A DNA stretch of 64,000 nt from an uncultured Acidimicrobiia bacterium. GTDB lineage: Bacteria; Actinomycetota; Acidimicrobiia; IMCC26256; JAENVU01. The stretch lies in contig CAWIEA010000009.1 of the NCBI GenBank assembly GCA_963835005.1, positions 444,435 to 508,434 of the forward strand, read 5' to 3'. Position numbers and translations under genes: made by a program. The notes beneath the pieces were generated by a model, which saw only the letters and a list, made by a program, of their open reading frames with translations, did not search any database and was not told where the DNA came from. This document shows, in pieces, positions 39,256-48,428 of the stretch. Numbering within the stretch: the first letter of the stretch is position 1; each line of letters starts with the position of its first letter.

Positions 39256-39281
39256 CAGAGCGAGCCGGTGCTCGCTCGCCC

Positions 39282-39354
39282 GGCCGGGTAGCTCAGTTGG
39301 CAGAGCACACGCCTGAAAAGCGTGGGGTCACCGGATCGACGCCGGTCCCGGCCA
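39282..39354 (+). tRNA. tRNA-Phe (anticodon GAA)
   Basis: 73 nt. The acceptor GGCCGGG pairs with CCCGGCC and the anticodon loop is CTGAAAA. The T-loop reads ATCGACG, with A at the usual T54 position. Confidence 0.85.
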
Positions 39355-39384
39355 CAGCGCAACACGGCAAGGCCGCACAGCGAG

Positions 39385-39409
39385 AGGCCCGGTCCTGCGG
39401 ACCGGGCCT
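39385..39409. terminator. Perfect 11-bp hairpin between the tRNA cluster and the convergent bldC-like gene
   Basis: AGGCCCGGTCC, loop TGC, GGACCGGGCCT. Confidence 0.55.
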
Positions 39410-39470
39410 CGATCGTTGGCGCTGTCGATCGACGTCGCGCGGCGCGTGGGTTCGCGCGACGCACCGTCGG

Positions 39471-39671
39471 TCACGTCTCTTCGTGCTCCTCGACCTGCTC
39501 GAGGAACCGTCGGATCTCGGAGGCGCGGAACCGGCGGTGACCGCCGAGCGTCCGGATCGCCGAGATCTTGCCTGCACGCGCCCACCGGGTCACGGTCTTG
39601 GGGTTGACGCGAAACATGGCAGCCACTTCGGACGGCGTGAGGAGCGCGTCGTTGTCGGGCTGTCCCTGCAT
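39471..39671 (-). CDS. bldC: BldC-family (MerR/excisionase-like) small DNA-binding protein
   Basis: 66 aa, with LLTPSEVAAMFRVNPKTVTRWARAGKISAIRTLGGHRRFR. It has a GGAGGAA Shine-Dalgarno. Confidence 0.85.
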   Translation of the reverse strand: MQGQPDNDALLTPSEVAAMFRVNPKTVTRWARAGKISAIRTLGGHRRFRASEIRRFLEQVEEHEET

Positions 39672-39952
39672 GGTTCCTCCAGTCGACCGGTCGAGCGAAT
39701 CTTCGAGCGGCGGGGTGTGACGCACGTTGCTGCTGTCCGATTGCTCCCGGGAGCGTAACGTCTCGCGCGTTCCAGGTGGTGTATTCGAATCTAGCACCGT
39801 CCTCGCGAAACCGAAATGGGGGACGAGTCCGTCTTTTCCCCGAACGCGCTCCGCGTCAACACCACTGCGAGTTGTTCGTTTTCCGCGCGCAACGCGCTCG
39901 GCGTGGCGCGCGGCCTGACCCCCGATCGCGGCCCCGTCGTACACTCCGCGCC

Positions 39953-40716
39953 GTGGCGCAGGTGCTCGCGATTGCGAACCAGAAGGGCGGTGTCGGAAAG
40001 ACGACAACCGTGCACACGCTCGGTGCTGCGCTCGGCGCGCACCGAGGCGCGCGTCCTGCTCGTCGATCTCGACCCCCAGGCCTGCCTCACCTACTCGGTC
40101 GGTCTCGACCCCGAGGAGCTGCCGCACTCGCTGCACGACGTGCTCGTCGGCCGGCAGAAAGACGGCTGACACCCTCGTCAGGGTGGGCGACCTCGCGATC
40201 GTGCCCGCGGCGATCGACCTGGCCGGCTCGGAGGTGCACCTCGTGGGGCGGGTGGGGCGAGAGCACGCCGTTGCACGCGCGCTGGCACCGGTGAGGGACG
40301 ACTTCGACGTGGTGCTGCTCGACTGCCCGCCGTCGCTCGGCATCCTCACGATCAACGGGCTCACCGCGGCGGACTTCGTCGTGATCCCCCTCCAGTGCGA
40401 GACGCTGAGCCACCGGGGAGTCGGCCAGCTCCTGGAGACCGTCGCGGACGTCCGTGCGTATACACAGCCGGAGCTGAGCGTCCTCGGCGCGGTGGCCACG
40501 ATGTTCGACGGCCGGACCCGCCACACGCGTGAGGTCCTGGCCGACGTCGAGGCCCGGTACGCACTCCCCGTGCTCGAGCCGATGATCCCCCGGTCGATCC
40601 GGTTCGCGGAGGCACCCGCCACCGGGAGGTCGATCCTCGACCACGCTCCGACGGCGACCGGTGCGGTCGCCTACCAGGAGCTGGCCCGGACCGTCCGGAC
40701 GATGCTCGCACCGTGA
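39953..40716 (+). pseudogene. ParA/Soj-like P-loop ATPase, frame broken near 40034 and 40159
   Basis: KGGVGKTT is in the first frame and RVLLVDLDPQ in the second. ORF 40183..40716 supplies the rest (DCPPSLG, IPRSIRFAEAP). The second break falls in an AAA run. Confidence 0.8.
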
Positions 40717-41003
40717 GCGCGAAGCCTGGGCCGAGCGGAGTGCCGGAGCGGGCGCGAACTGCGAAGGCCGAAGCGACCAGAGCTGACGGAAAGGCGGCGC
40801 TGTTCTCGGCCGCGTCCCGCAAGCCGGGGACGCTCGTCGTCGAGTGCTCGCGCTGCCACGGCCGGACACGCGTCAGCTACGTCGAGTTCGGCCGCCGTCA
40901 CCTGCCGTACTGGGCGTGGACGCCGTGGCGCCGCCACTCGCGCTACGTCGTGTGCCCCGCGTGCGGCGAGCGGTCGTGGGTGTCCGCCCGCTGGTTCGAG
41001 TAG
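40713..41003 (+). CDS. Hypothetical small zinc-ribbon protein
   Basis: GTGA overlap with the ParA-like gene. It is 96 aa, with CSRCHG...CPACGE cysteine pairs. Confidence 0.5.
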   Translation: MSAKPGPSGVPERARTAKAEATRADGKAALFSAASRKPGTLVVECSRCHGRTRVSYVEFGRRHLPYWAWTPWRRHSRYVVCPACGERSWVSARWFE

Positions 41004-41025
41004 CGGAGCGCAGGGCCGCAGCTGG

Positions 41026-42090
41026 TCAGCCCGCGCGCTCGACGAGCGCCCGACCGTGGCCGGCGACGACCTCGCCGACGGTCCAGGCGTCGACGCCCGC
41101 TTCGCGCAGCACCTCGACCGCCCTCGCGTCCTCACCCTCGGGGACGATCGCGAGCATCCCGAGGCCGAGGTTGAAGACGTGCTCCATCTCGTCGTCGTCG
41201 ATGTCGCCCGCGACCTGGATCTCGGAGAAGATCCGCGGCTCCGGCCACGAGCCGCGCCTCACGATCCCGTCGCAGTCGTCGGGGAGCGCGCGATTGAGGT
41301 TTCCGGGGACGCCTCCGCCGGTGATGTGCGCGAAGCCGTGCACCGTGCTCGCGGCGCGGAGCGCCGCCATGAACGGGGCGTAGATCACACTCGGGGTCAG
41401 CAGCTCCGCACCGAGCGACCGCGCCGCGCCTTCCCACGCGGGCTCGTCGACGGCACGGCCGCTCCGGTCGAGCAGCGCGCGGCGGGCGAGCGAGTATCCG
41501 TTGCAGCGGAGCCCCGGGCTGGCGAGGCCGACGACGCGGTCACCGGGTGCGACGTCGCGTGGCAGGATCTCGGCCCGCTCGACGACCCCCACCGCGAAGC
41601 CGACGAGATCGAACTCGCCCGGCTCCATGAGGTCGGGGTGCTCGGAGATCTCGCCGCCGCTCAGCGCGGCGCCGGCCTGCCGGCAGCCCTCGGCGACCCC
41701 GCTCACGATCTCCTCGACCGTCTCGGGGACGACCTTGCCGACCGACAGGTAGTCGAGGAACGCGAGCGGCTCCGCTCCCTGCACTGCGATGTCGTCGACG
41801 CTCATGGCGACGACGTCGAGGCCGATCGTGTCGTAGCGACCGACGAGTCGGGCGATCGCGGACTTCGTCCCGACGCCGTCCGTCGACAGCACCATCACCG
41901 GATCGCGGTAGGGGAGGTTGCCGAGCGCGAACAGGCCGCCGAAGCCGCCGACGTCGCCGAGGACCTCGGGCCGGTACGTCGACCGCACGTGCGCCTTGAT
42001 GAGCTCGACGGCCTTGTCGCCCGCGGAGATGTCGACACCCGCGCCCGTGTAGGTCAGGCGCTCGCCCGGCGCCGACGCCCCCTCGTTCAT
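41026..42090 (-). CDS. purM: Phosphoribosylformylglycinamidine cyclo-ligase (AIR synthetase)
   Basis: Full-length PurM-like sequence. ATG 42090 is preferred because it is in phase with the repeat element. GTG 42093 is also possible. Confidence 0.9.
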   Translation of the reverse strand: MNEGASAPGERLTYTGAGVDISAGDKAVELIKAHVRSTYRPEVLGDVGGFGGLFALGNLPYRDPVMVLSTDGVGTKSAIARLVGRYDTIGLDVVAMSVDDIAVQGAEPLAFLDYLSVGKVVPETVEEIVSGVAEGCRQAGAALSGGEISEHPDLMEPGEFDLVGFAVGVVERAEILPRDVAPGDRVVGLASPGLRCNGYSLARRALLDRSGRAVDEPAWEGAARSLGAELLTPSVIYAPFMAALRAASTVHGFAHITGGGVPGNLNRALPDDCDGIVRRGSWPEPRIFSEIQVAGDIDDDEMEHVFNLGLGMLAIVPEGEDARAVEVLREAGVDAWTVGEVVAGHGRALVERAG

Positions 42091-42183
42091 CACACCCGCT
42101 CTCGGCGTCGCCGGGCCGCTTGGGCCCCGCTCCGCTCGCTCGTCGGCGGCGGCGGCGAAGCAGGCGAGCTGTCGGCTTCGCTC
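42091..42183 (-). repeat. Intercistronic repeat element, copy D (purF to purM gap)
   Basis: Read on the minus strand: GAGCGAAGCCG...GAGCGGAGCGGGGCCCAAGCGGCCCGGCGACGCCGAGAGCGGGTGTG then ATG. It starts inside the purF stop (GTGAGCG). Confidence 0.85.
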
Positions 42184-43729
42184 ACGGGATGTGGGTCGCG
42201 CCGGTCTCGGTGAGGTCGAGGACCGGGGCCTCGAGGAGGAGCTTGGAGTCGGCCCCGGTCAGCGCGACCGGCACCGGGTACTCCTTCGAGAGGCATGCCG
42301 TGCAGAACGACTCGGGCGGGGCGCCGGTGGCGTGACGCAGCCGGTCGAGCTCGAGGTACGCGAGCGAGTCGACGTCGAGGTACTCACGGATCTCGCCCAC
42401 CGACAGGTCGGCGGCGAGGAGCTCACCTCGGCGGCCGGTGTCCATGCCGTAGAAGCACGGCCAGCGGTAGGGCGGCGAGGAGACCCGGAAGTGGACCTCG
42501 GACGCGCCGGCTTCGCGCAGCATCTTGATGACCTCGCGCGTCGTGGTTCCCCGCACGATCGAGTCGTCGACGACGACCAGCCGCTTGCCCCGGATCGACT
42601 CGGGCAGCGGGTTGAGCTTCATGCGCACGCCCGCGCCCCGCATCTGCTGGTTGGGCTGGATGAACGTGCGGCCGACGTAGCGATTCTTCACCAGGCCGTC
42701 GCCGTAGGGGATGCCCGAACCGCGGGCGTAGCCCTGGGCGGCCGGGATGCCGGACTCGGGCACCGGCATCACCATGTCGGCAATGGCCGGGGCCTGGTCC
42801 GCGAGCGCCTCGCCCATGCGGGTGCGTGCCGCATGCACGCTCTGGCCGTAGAGCCGCGTGTCGGGGCGGGCGAAGTAGACGAACTCGAAGAGGCAGAGGG
42901 TCGGGTCGGGCTCGGCGTAGCGGTGCTCGCGCCGCAGGCCGGACGCGTCGATCACCACCATCTCGCCGGGCTGGACGTCGCGCACGTAGTGGGCGCCGAC
43001 GATGTCGAGCGCCGCGGTCTCGCTCGCGAGCACCCAGCCACCGCCCTCGAGCCGGCCGAGGACCAGCGGCCAGAACCCGTGCGGGTCACGGACGCCGATG
43101 AGCCGGGCGTCGTCCATGAGCACCAGCGAGAAGCCACCCTCCAGCCGGGGCAGCACCTTCTCCAGCGCGAGCTCCAGCTCCTTGCCATCGGAGCGGGGCT
43201 CGTCCGGCCACTCGCGGGCGACGAGCTCGGCGATCAGCGCCGAGTCGGTGGTCGAGTCGAAGCTCGTCTCGTCCGGGGTCATGCCCGGGAGCATCCCGAG
43301 GCCGGAGGCGAGCTCGGCGGTGTTCGTGAGGTTGCCGTTGTGGCCGAGCGCGAAGCCGGCGTCTCCGACCGAGCGGTAGACGGGCTGCGCGTTCTGCCAG
43401 GACGACGAGCCGGTGGTCGAGTAGCGGTTGTGGCCGATCGCGAGGTGGCCCTGGAGCGGCGCGAGGCGGCGCTCGTCGAACACCTGGGTGACGAGGCCCA
43501 TGTCCTTGGCGACCGTGATCGTCTCGCCGTCGCTCACCGCGATGCCGGCCGACTCCTGGCCGCGGTGCTGGAGCGCGAAGAGCCCCAGGTAGGTCAGGTG
43601 CGAGACCGACTGCCCCGGCCCGTACACGCCGAAGACGCCACAGGCGTGCCCGGGCGTCTCGTCGCGCGTGAGATCAGCCGCAGGATCGGAGGGATCGTGC
43701 CGGGAGAGCACGTCTCCATCATCCCACAT
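42182..43729 (-). CDS. purF: Amidophosphoribosyltransferase
   Basis: It has the CGVFGV N-terminal nucleophile and a PRTase motif (VVVDDSIVRGTT). Confidence 0.9.
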   Translation of the reverse strand: MWDDGDVLSRHDPSDPAADLTRDETPGHACGVFGVYGPGQSVSHLTYLGLFALQHRGQESAGIAVSDGETITVAKDMGLVTQVFDERRLAPLQGHLAIGHNRYSTTGSSSWQNAQPVYRSVGDAGFALGHNGNLTNTAELASGLGMLPGMTPDETSFDSTTDSALIAELVAREWPDEPRSDGKELELALEKVLPRLEGGFSLVLMDDARLIGVRDPHGFWPLVLGRLEGGGWVLASETAALDIVGAHYVRDVQPGEMVVIDASGLRREHRYAEPDPTLCLFEFVYFARPDTRLYGQSVHAARTRMGEALADQAPAIADMVMPVPESGIPAAQGYARGSGIPYGDGLVKNRYVGRTFIQPNQQMRGAGVRMKLNPLPESIRGKRLVVVDDSIVRGTTTREVIKMLREAGASEVHFRVSSPPYRWPCFYGMDTGRRGELLAADLSVGEIREYLDVDSLAYLELDRLRHATGAPPESFCTACLSKEYPVPVALTGADSKLLLEAPVLDLTETGATHIP

Positions 43730-46006
43730 CGACGACGGCGGCCATGATCCGCGGTATCGCCTCGCGCCAGGCCTGCTCGGCGTCCGCGAGCGGCACCCGG
43801 AACGCGCCGTCGGCCTGCAGGTCCCGCCCGTCCGCGTCGCCCGCGATCATCGCCGGGAGGCCGGCCGAGCTGGCCCGGCCGAGGACCTCGTTCAGGCGGT
43901 CGGACGCGACGGAGAGCACGACCCGGGACGTCGACTCCGAGAAGCACATGCGCGCGTCGCCGATCGAGACGCGGAACCCGACGCGGCCCGCGATGGCCAT
44001 CTCGCACAGCGCCACCGCGAGGCCGCCGTCGGAGCAGTCGTGGATGCCGCCGACGAGTCGGTCGACGACGAGCCCGGCGACGAGGTCGTGCAGCCGCTTC
44101 GCGACCTCGAGGTCCACCGCGGGGGACGGCCGTCGCGCAGGCCGTGCCGGGTGGCCCACTCGGAGCCGCCGAGCTCGGGCCGGGTCTGGCCCAGGACCAC
44201 GATGCGGTCGCCGGTGCGCAGCCCGATGCCGGGCGGCGGGGAGTCGAGCTGCTCGATGAGGCCGATGACGCCGACGACCGGCGTGGGATCGATGTCGACG
44301 CCGTGCGACTCGTTGTAGAAGCTCACGTTGCCGCCGACGACGGGAACCCCGAGCGCGGTGCAGGCCTCGGCCATCCCGTCGATCGACTCCGAGAACTGCC
44401 ACATCACCTCGGGGTGCTCGGGGTTGCCGAAGTTGAGGCAGTTGACGAGCGCCTTCGGTGCGGCGCCCGCGCACGCGACGTTGCGCGCCGCCTCGAGCAC
44501 CGCGAGCTGCGTGCCCGCGCGTGGGTCGAGCGCGCAGAACCGGCCCTTGCCGTCGACCGAGAGCGCGAGCGCCTTGCTGTTCGTCTCCTTGAGCCGCAGC
44601 ACGCTCGCGTCGCCCCCGGGACCGGCGACCGTGTTGAGGAACAGCTGGTGGTCGTACTGGCGCCAGACCCAGCTCTTGTCCGCGATGTTCGGCGCCGCGA
44701 GCAGCTCGAGCAGCTCGGCGGAGAGGTCCGCGCCCGGCGGGAACATCCCGAGCAGGTCGCGCGCCGGATCGACGCGCTGGCGTTCGGCCAGGTCCGCCGG
44801 CGGCGCGAGCGGACGGTGGTAGAGCGGGCCGTCACCGAGGCTGCCGATGGGGACGTCCGCCTCGGGCTGACGGTCCGACGAGATCTCCGGCGGTGCGTCG
44901 CCGATCGGCGGTGCCGGGTTCGTGCCCGGGACGCCGACGGCGTCGAACAGCCCGTCGTAGACGCGAAAGCGGGCGGACTCGGTGACGCGACCGACGACCG
45001 TCGCCCGGACCTCCCAGCGCTCGCAGAGCGCGAGCACCTCGTCGAGGCTCTCCGGCGTGACGATCGCCAGCATCCGCTCCTGGCTCTCGGACGTCAGGAC
45101 CTCGACCGGGTTCATCCCCGGCTCCCGCTTCGTCACGCGGGCCACGTCGACGTCCATGCCCGCGCCCGTCTTCGCGGCGGTCTCGGACGCCGCGCACGAC
45201 AGGCCGGCGGCGCCGAGGTCCTGCACCCCGACGGCGAGGCCGGCGTCGAGGAGCGCGAGGCACGCCTCGATGGCCTTCTTCTCCTCGAAGGGATCGCCGA
45301 CCTGGACCGACGGTCGCTTCGCCTCCGAGCCCTCCTCGAACCCTGCGGACGCGAGGACGCTCGCGCCCCCGATGCCGTCGCGGCCGGTCGACGAGCCGAG
45401 CAGCACCGCGAGGTTCCCGGCACCCTCGGCCCGGGCGAGGATCAGCCGCTCCTGCGGGAGCACGCCGAGGCAGAGCACGTTCACGAGCGGGTTGCCGGCG
45501 TAGCAGTCGTCGAACACGACCTCGCCGCCCACGGTGGGGACGCCGACCGCGTTGCCGTAGCCGCTGATGCCGCTCACCACTCCCTCGAAGAGGTAGCGCG
45601 TGCGCGGGTCGTCGAGCGTCCCGAAGCGCAGCGGGTCCATCAGCGCGATCGGGCGCGCGCCCATCGAGAAGATGTCGCGGATGATCCCGCCGACGCCGGT
45701 CGCCGCGCCCTGGTAGGGCTCGACCGCGGACGGGTGGTTGTGGCTCTCGATGCGGACCGCGACCGCGATGCCGTCGCCGACGTCGATGACGCCCGCGCCC
45801 TCACCGGGACCCACGAGCACCCACGGGGCCTCGGTCGGCAAGCGACCGAGGTGCGCGCGCGACGACTTGTAGGAGCAGTGCTCCGACCACATCACCGAGT
45901 ACATCGCGAGCTCGAGGTGGGTCGGCTCCCGCCCGAGCTCGTCGACGACGGCCGAGAGCTCGTCGTCGGTCATCCCGAGCTGGCGGTGAAGAGGCTGCTC
46001 GCTCAT
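43719..46006 (-). pseudogene. purL: Phosphoribosylformylglycinamidine synthase subunit PurL, frame broken near 44124 (in a G5/C5 run)
   Basis: About 620 aa are in ORF 43892..46006 (SEHCSYKSS, ESHNHPS). The C-terminus (AVDLEVAKRLHDLV...) is in ORF 43719..44474. Confidence 0.9.
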
Positions 46007-46016
46007 GCGTTCGCGC

Positions 46017-46565
46017 TCAGGACCCGAACTCGTAGCCGAGGTCGGGCGCGGTCAGCACCGGCACGTAGGGGATGCCGCGCGACGCGAGCTCTCCGGCGAG
46101 CGAGCCGCCCCGGTCGAGCAGCAGCGACGCGGCGACGATCTCGCACCCGAACTCGGCGATCGCGTCGACCGCCTTGAGCAGCGACGCACCGGTGGTCGCG
46201 GTGTCTTCGACCACGAGCACGCGGTCGGTCGGCTCGACCGGCCCGGCCATGCGACCGCCGACACCGTGGTCCTTCGCTTCCTTGCGCACCGCGAAGCCAC
46301 GCACACCGGTCGTGCGCGCCACCGCCACTGCGATCGGCACCGCGCCGAGCTCGAGCCCGCCCACCGCGTCGAACGACGGCGAGCCCGCGGCCTCGAGCGC
46401 CTCGACGATCGCGTCGCCGACGATCTCGACGCAGTCGCCTCGGAAGGACACCTGCCGTCCGTCGAGGTACCAGTTCGACGTTCCGCCGGCGGACAGCTGG
46501 AACTCACCCTCGCGGATCGCGTGCTCACGAAGCGCCGCGGCGAGTGCGGCCTGCGCGGGCCTCAC
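46017..46565 (-). CDS. pyrE: Orotate phosphoribosyltransferase-like PRTase
   Basis: GTGA overlap with purQ. It has GEFQLSAGGTSNWYLD, VRKEAKDHG and VLVVEDTATTGAS. Confidence 0.7.
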   Translation of the reverse strand: MRPAQAALAAALREHAIREGEFQLSAGGTSNWYLDGRQVSFRGDCVEIVGDAIVEALEAAGSPSFDAVGGLELGAVPIAVAVARTTGVRGFAVRKEAKDHGVGGRMAGPVEPTDRVLVVEDTATTGASLLKAVDAIAEFGCEIVAASLLLDRGGSLAGELASRGIPYVPVLTAPDLGYEFGS

Positions 46566-47248
46566 GCGACGAGCGCGGCGCGTTGGGTCGCCGCGTGGAG
46601 CAGCGACCGGAGCAGCACGATGCCGTCCGCGGACCCGAGCAGCGTGTCGCTCGCGCGCTCGGGGTGCGGCATCAGACCGACGACGTTGCCGGCGGCGTTC
46701 CGGATCCCGGCGATGTCGTCGAGGCTGCCGTTCGGGTTCTCGACGTAGCGGACGACCACGCGGTCCGAGGCAAGGAGCTCGGCGAGGGTCTCGGGCGAGC
46801 AGACGTAGTTGCCCTCGAAGTGGTTGATCGGTATGCGCAGGACCTCGCCGGAGCGGGCTTGGCTCGTGAGCACCGAGGCGGTCGTCTCGACCCGGAGGTC
46901 GACGGTCCGGCACACGAACTTCAGCCCCGCGTTCTTCTGGAGCGCGCCGGGCAGCAGCCCGGCTTCGCAGAGCACCTGGAAGCCGTTGCAGATGCCGACG
47001 ACGGGCCCGCCCGCGGCGGCGAACTCGGCGACCGAGTCCATCACCGGCGAGAACCGGGCGATCGCGCCGGTGCGCAGGTAGTCGCCGTGGGCGAAGCCGC
47101 CGGGGACGACCACCGCGTCGACACCGTGCACGTCCTGGTCGGCGTGGAAGAGGATCCGGACCGAACCGCCGAGCTGCTCGACCGCGTGCTCGACGTCCAG
47201 CTCGCAGTTGGTGCCCGGGAAGAGGACGACCCCGACGGTCGCGCTCAC
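46562..47248 (-). CDS. purQ: Phosphoribosylformylglycinamidine synthase subunit PurQ (glutaminase)
   Basis: The GTG start overlaps the purS stop. It has GICNGFQ and HPE catalytic motifs. Confidence 0.9.
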   Translation of the reverse strand: MSATVGVVLFPGTNCELDVEHAVEQLGGSVRILFHADQDVHGVDAVVVPGGFAHGDYLRTGAIARFSPVMDSVAEFAAAGGPVVGICNGFQVLCEAGLLPGALQKNAGLKFVCRTVDLRVETTASVLTSQARSGEVLRIPINHFEGNYVCSPETLAELLASDRVVVRYVENPNGSLDDIAGIRNAAGNVVGLMPHPERASDTLLGSADGIVLLRSLLHAATQRAALVA

Positions 47249-47505
47249 GCCACCAGCTCCGAGATTTCGATGGTGAACGCCTCGATCACCGGATTGGCGA
47301 GGAGGCGGTGGCACATCTCGTCGACCTGGGCGGCGGCCGCCGCCTCGGAGTCGGCCTCGACCACGAGCCGGATGCTCTTGCCGATCGACACCTGGGAGAC
47401 GTTCGTGTAGCCGAGCGCCGGGAGCGCCCGTTCGACCGTCGCGCCCTGCGGATCGAGGATGCCGGGGAGGTGGGTGACGTCGATGCGGGCCTCGTAGCGC
47501 GTCAT
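47245..47505 (-). CDS. purS: Phosphoribosylformylglycinamidine synthase subunit PurS
   Basis: 86 aa, with LPGILDPQG and NPVIE motifs. Confidence 0.85.
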   Translation of the reverse strand: MTRYEARIDVTHLPGILDPQGATVERALPALGYTNVSQVSIGKSIRLVVEADSEAAAAAQVDEMCHRLLANPVIEAFTIEISELVA

Positions 47506-47515
47506 CGGTCGGAGA

Positions 47516-48409
47516 CTATCGGCCCACCGAAGACTCTCCGCCGTACCAGTCCGCGAAGGACTTGCCGGTGAGCCGTTCGTACGCGTCGACGTAGCGCTCG
47601 CGCGTGCCTGCGATCACGTCCGCGGGGACCGGCGGCGCGGGTGGCGTCCGGTCCCAGTCGAGCGTCAGGTAGTAGTCGCGGACGTACTGCTTGTCGAACG
47701 ACGGCGGGGACCCGCCGGTGCGGTAGCCCTCCTTGGGCCAGTACCGCGACGAGTCCGGCGTGAGCACCTCGTCGATCAGCAACAGCTCGCCGTCAGGTGC
47801 GCGGCCGAACTCGAACTTGGTGTCGGAGAGGATGATCCCGCGGCCCGCGGCGTGCTCCGCGCCCCGGGCGTAGATCGCCAGCGCGACGTCGCGCAGCCGG
47901 GCGAACGTGTCGGCGCCGACCGCGGCGATCGCCTCCTCGTCGCTCATCGGGAGGTCGTGACCGCTGTCCGCCTTCGTCGTCGGCGTGAAGAGCGGCTCGG
48001 GGAGGGGCTCGGCCTGCTCCATGCCCGCCGGCATCGGGCGGCCCTGGACGGTGCCCTGCTCCCGGTACTCGGTCCACGCGCTGCCGAAGAGGTAGCCACG
48101 CGCGATGCACTCCATCGGGATCGGCTCCGTGCGGCGCACGAGCATCGCCCGGCCGTCGGCGTCGGGCCGGGCTCCGGGCGGGAAGTCGGCGGGGTCGACC
48201 GACAGGATGTGGTTCGGCAACAGGTCCGCCACGCGGTCGAACCAGAACGACGAGATCGCCGTGAGGACCCGGCCCTTGTCGGGGATCAGGTCCGGAAGGA
48301 CGACGTCGAACACCGAGACCCGGTCCGTCGCCACCATCAGCAGCCGGTCGTCACCGGCGTCGTAGAGGTCGCGGACCTTGCCCGAATAGAGGTGGGGCAG
48401 CTCGATCAT
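47516..48409 (-). CDS. purC: Phosphoribosylaminoimidazole-succinocarboxamide synthase
   Basis: It has LYSGKVRDLY and ATDRVSVFD motifs. Confidence 0.9.
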   Translation of the reverse strand: MIELPHLYSGKVRDLYDAGDDRLLMVATDRVSVFDVVLPDLIPDKGRVLTAISSFWFDRVADLLPNHILSVDPADFPPGARPDADGRAMLVRRTEPIPMECIARGYLFGSAWTEYREQGTVQGRPMPAGMEQAEPLPEPLFTPTTKADSGHDLPMSDEEAIAAVGADTFARLRDVALAIYARGAEHAAGRGIILSDTKFEFGRAPDGELLLIDEVLTPDSSRYWPKEGYRTGGSPPSFDKQYVRDYYLTLDWDRTPPAPPVPADVIAGTRERYVDAYERLTGKSFADWYGGESSVGR

Positions 48410-48428
48410 CTCTTCCTCTCCCCGTCGC

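Noticed and set aside
39335-39341. tRNA-Phe T-loop reads ATCGACG, with A at the T54 position
   Set aside because: Given the error rate of this sequence, a single-base anomaly is not interpretable. The cloverleaf is otherwise normal.
39672-39952. 280-nt divergent region between bldC and parA, with the 63-aa ORF 39727..39918
   Set aside because: The ORF has no Shine-Dalgarno sequence, shows no conservation signal and has odd composition. The region is more likely promoter DNA.
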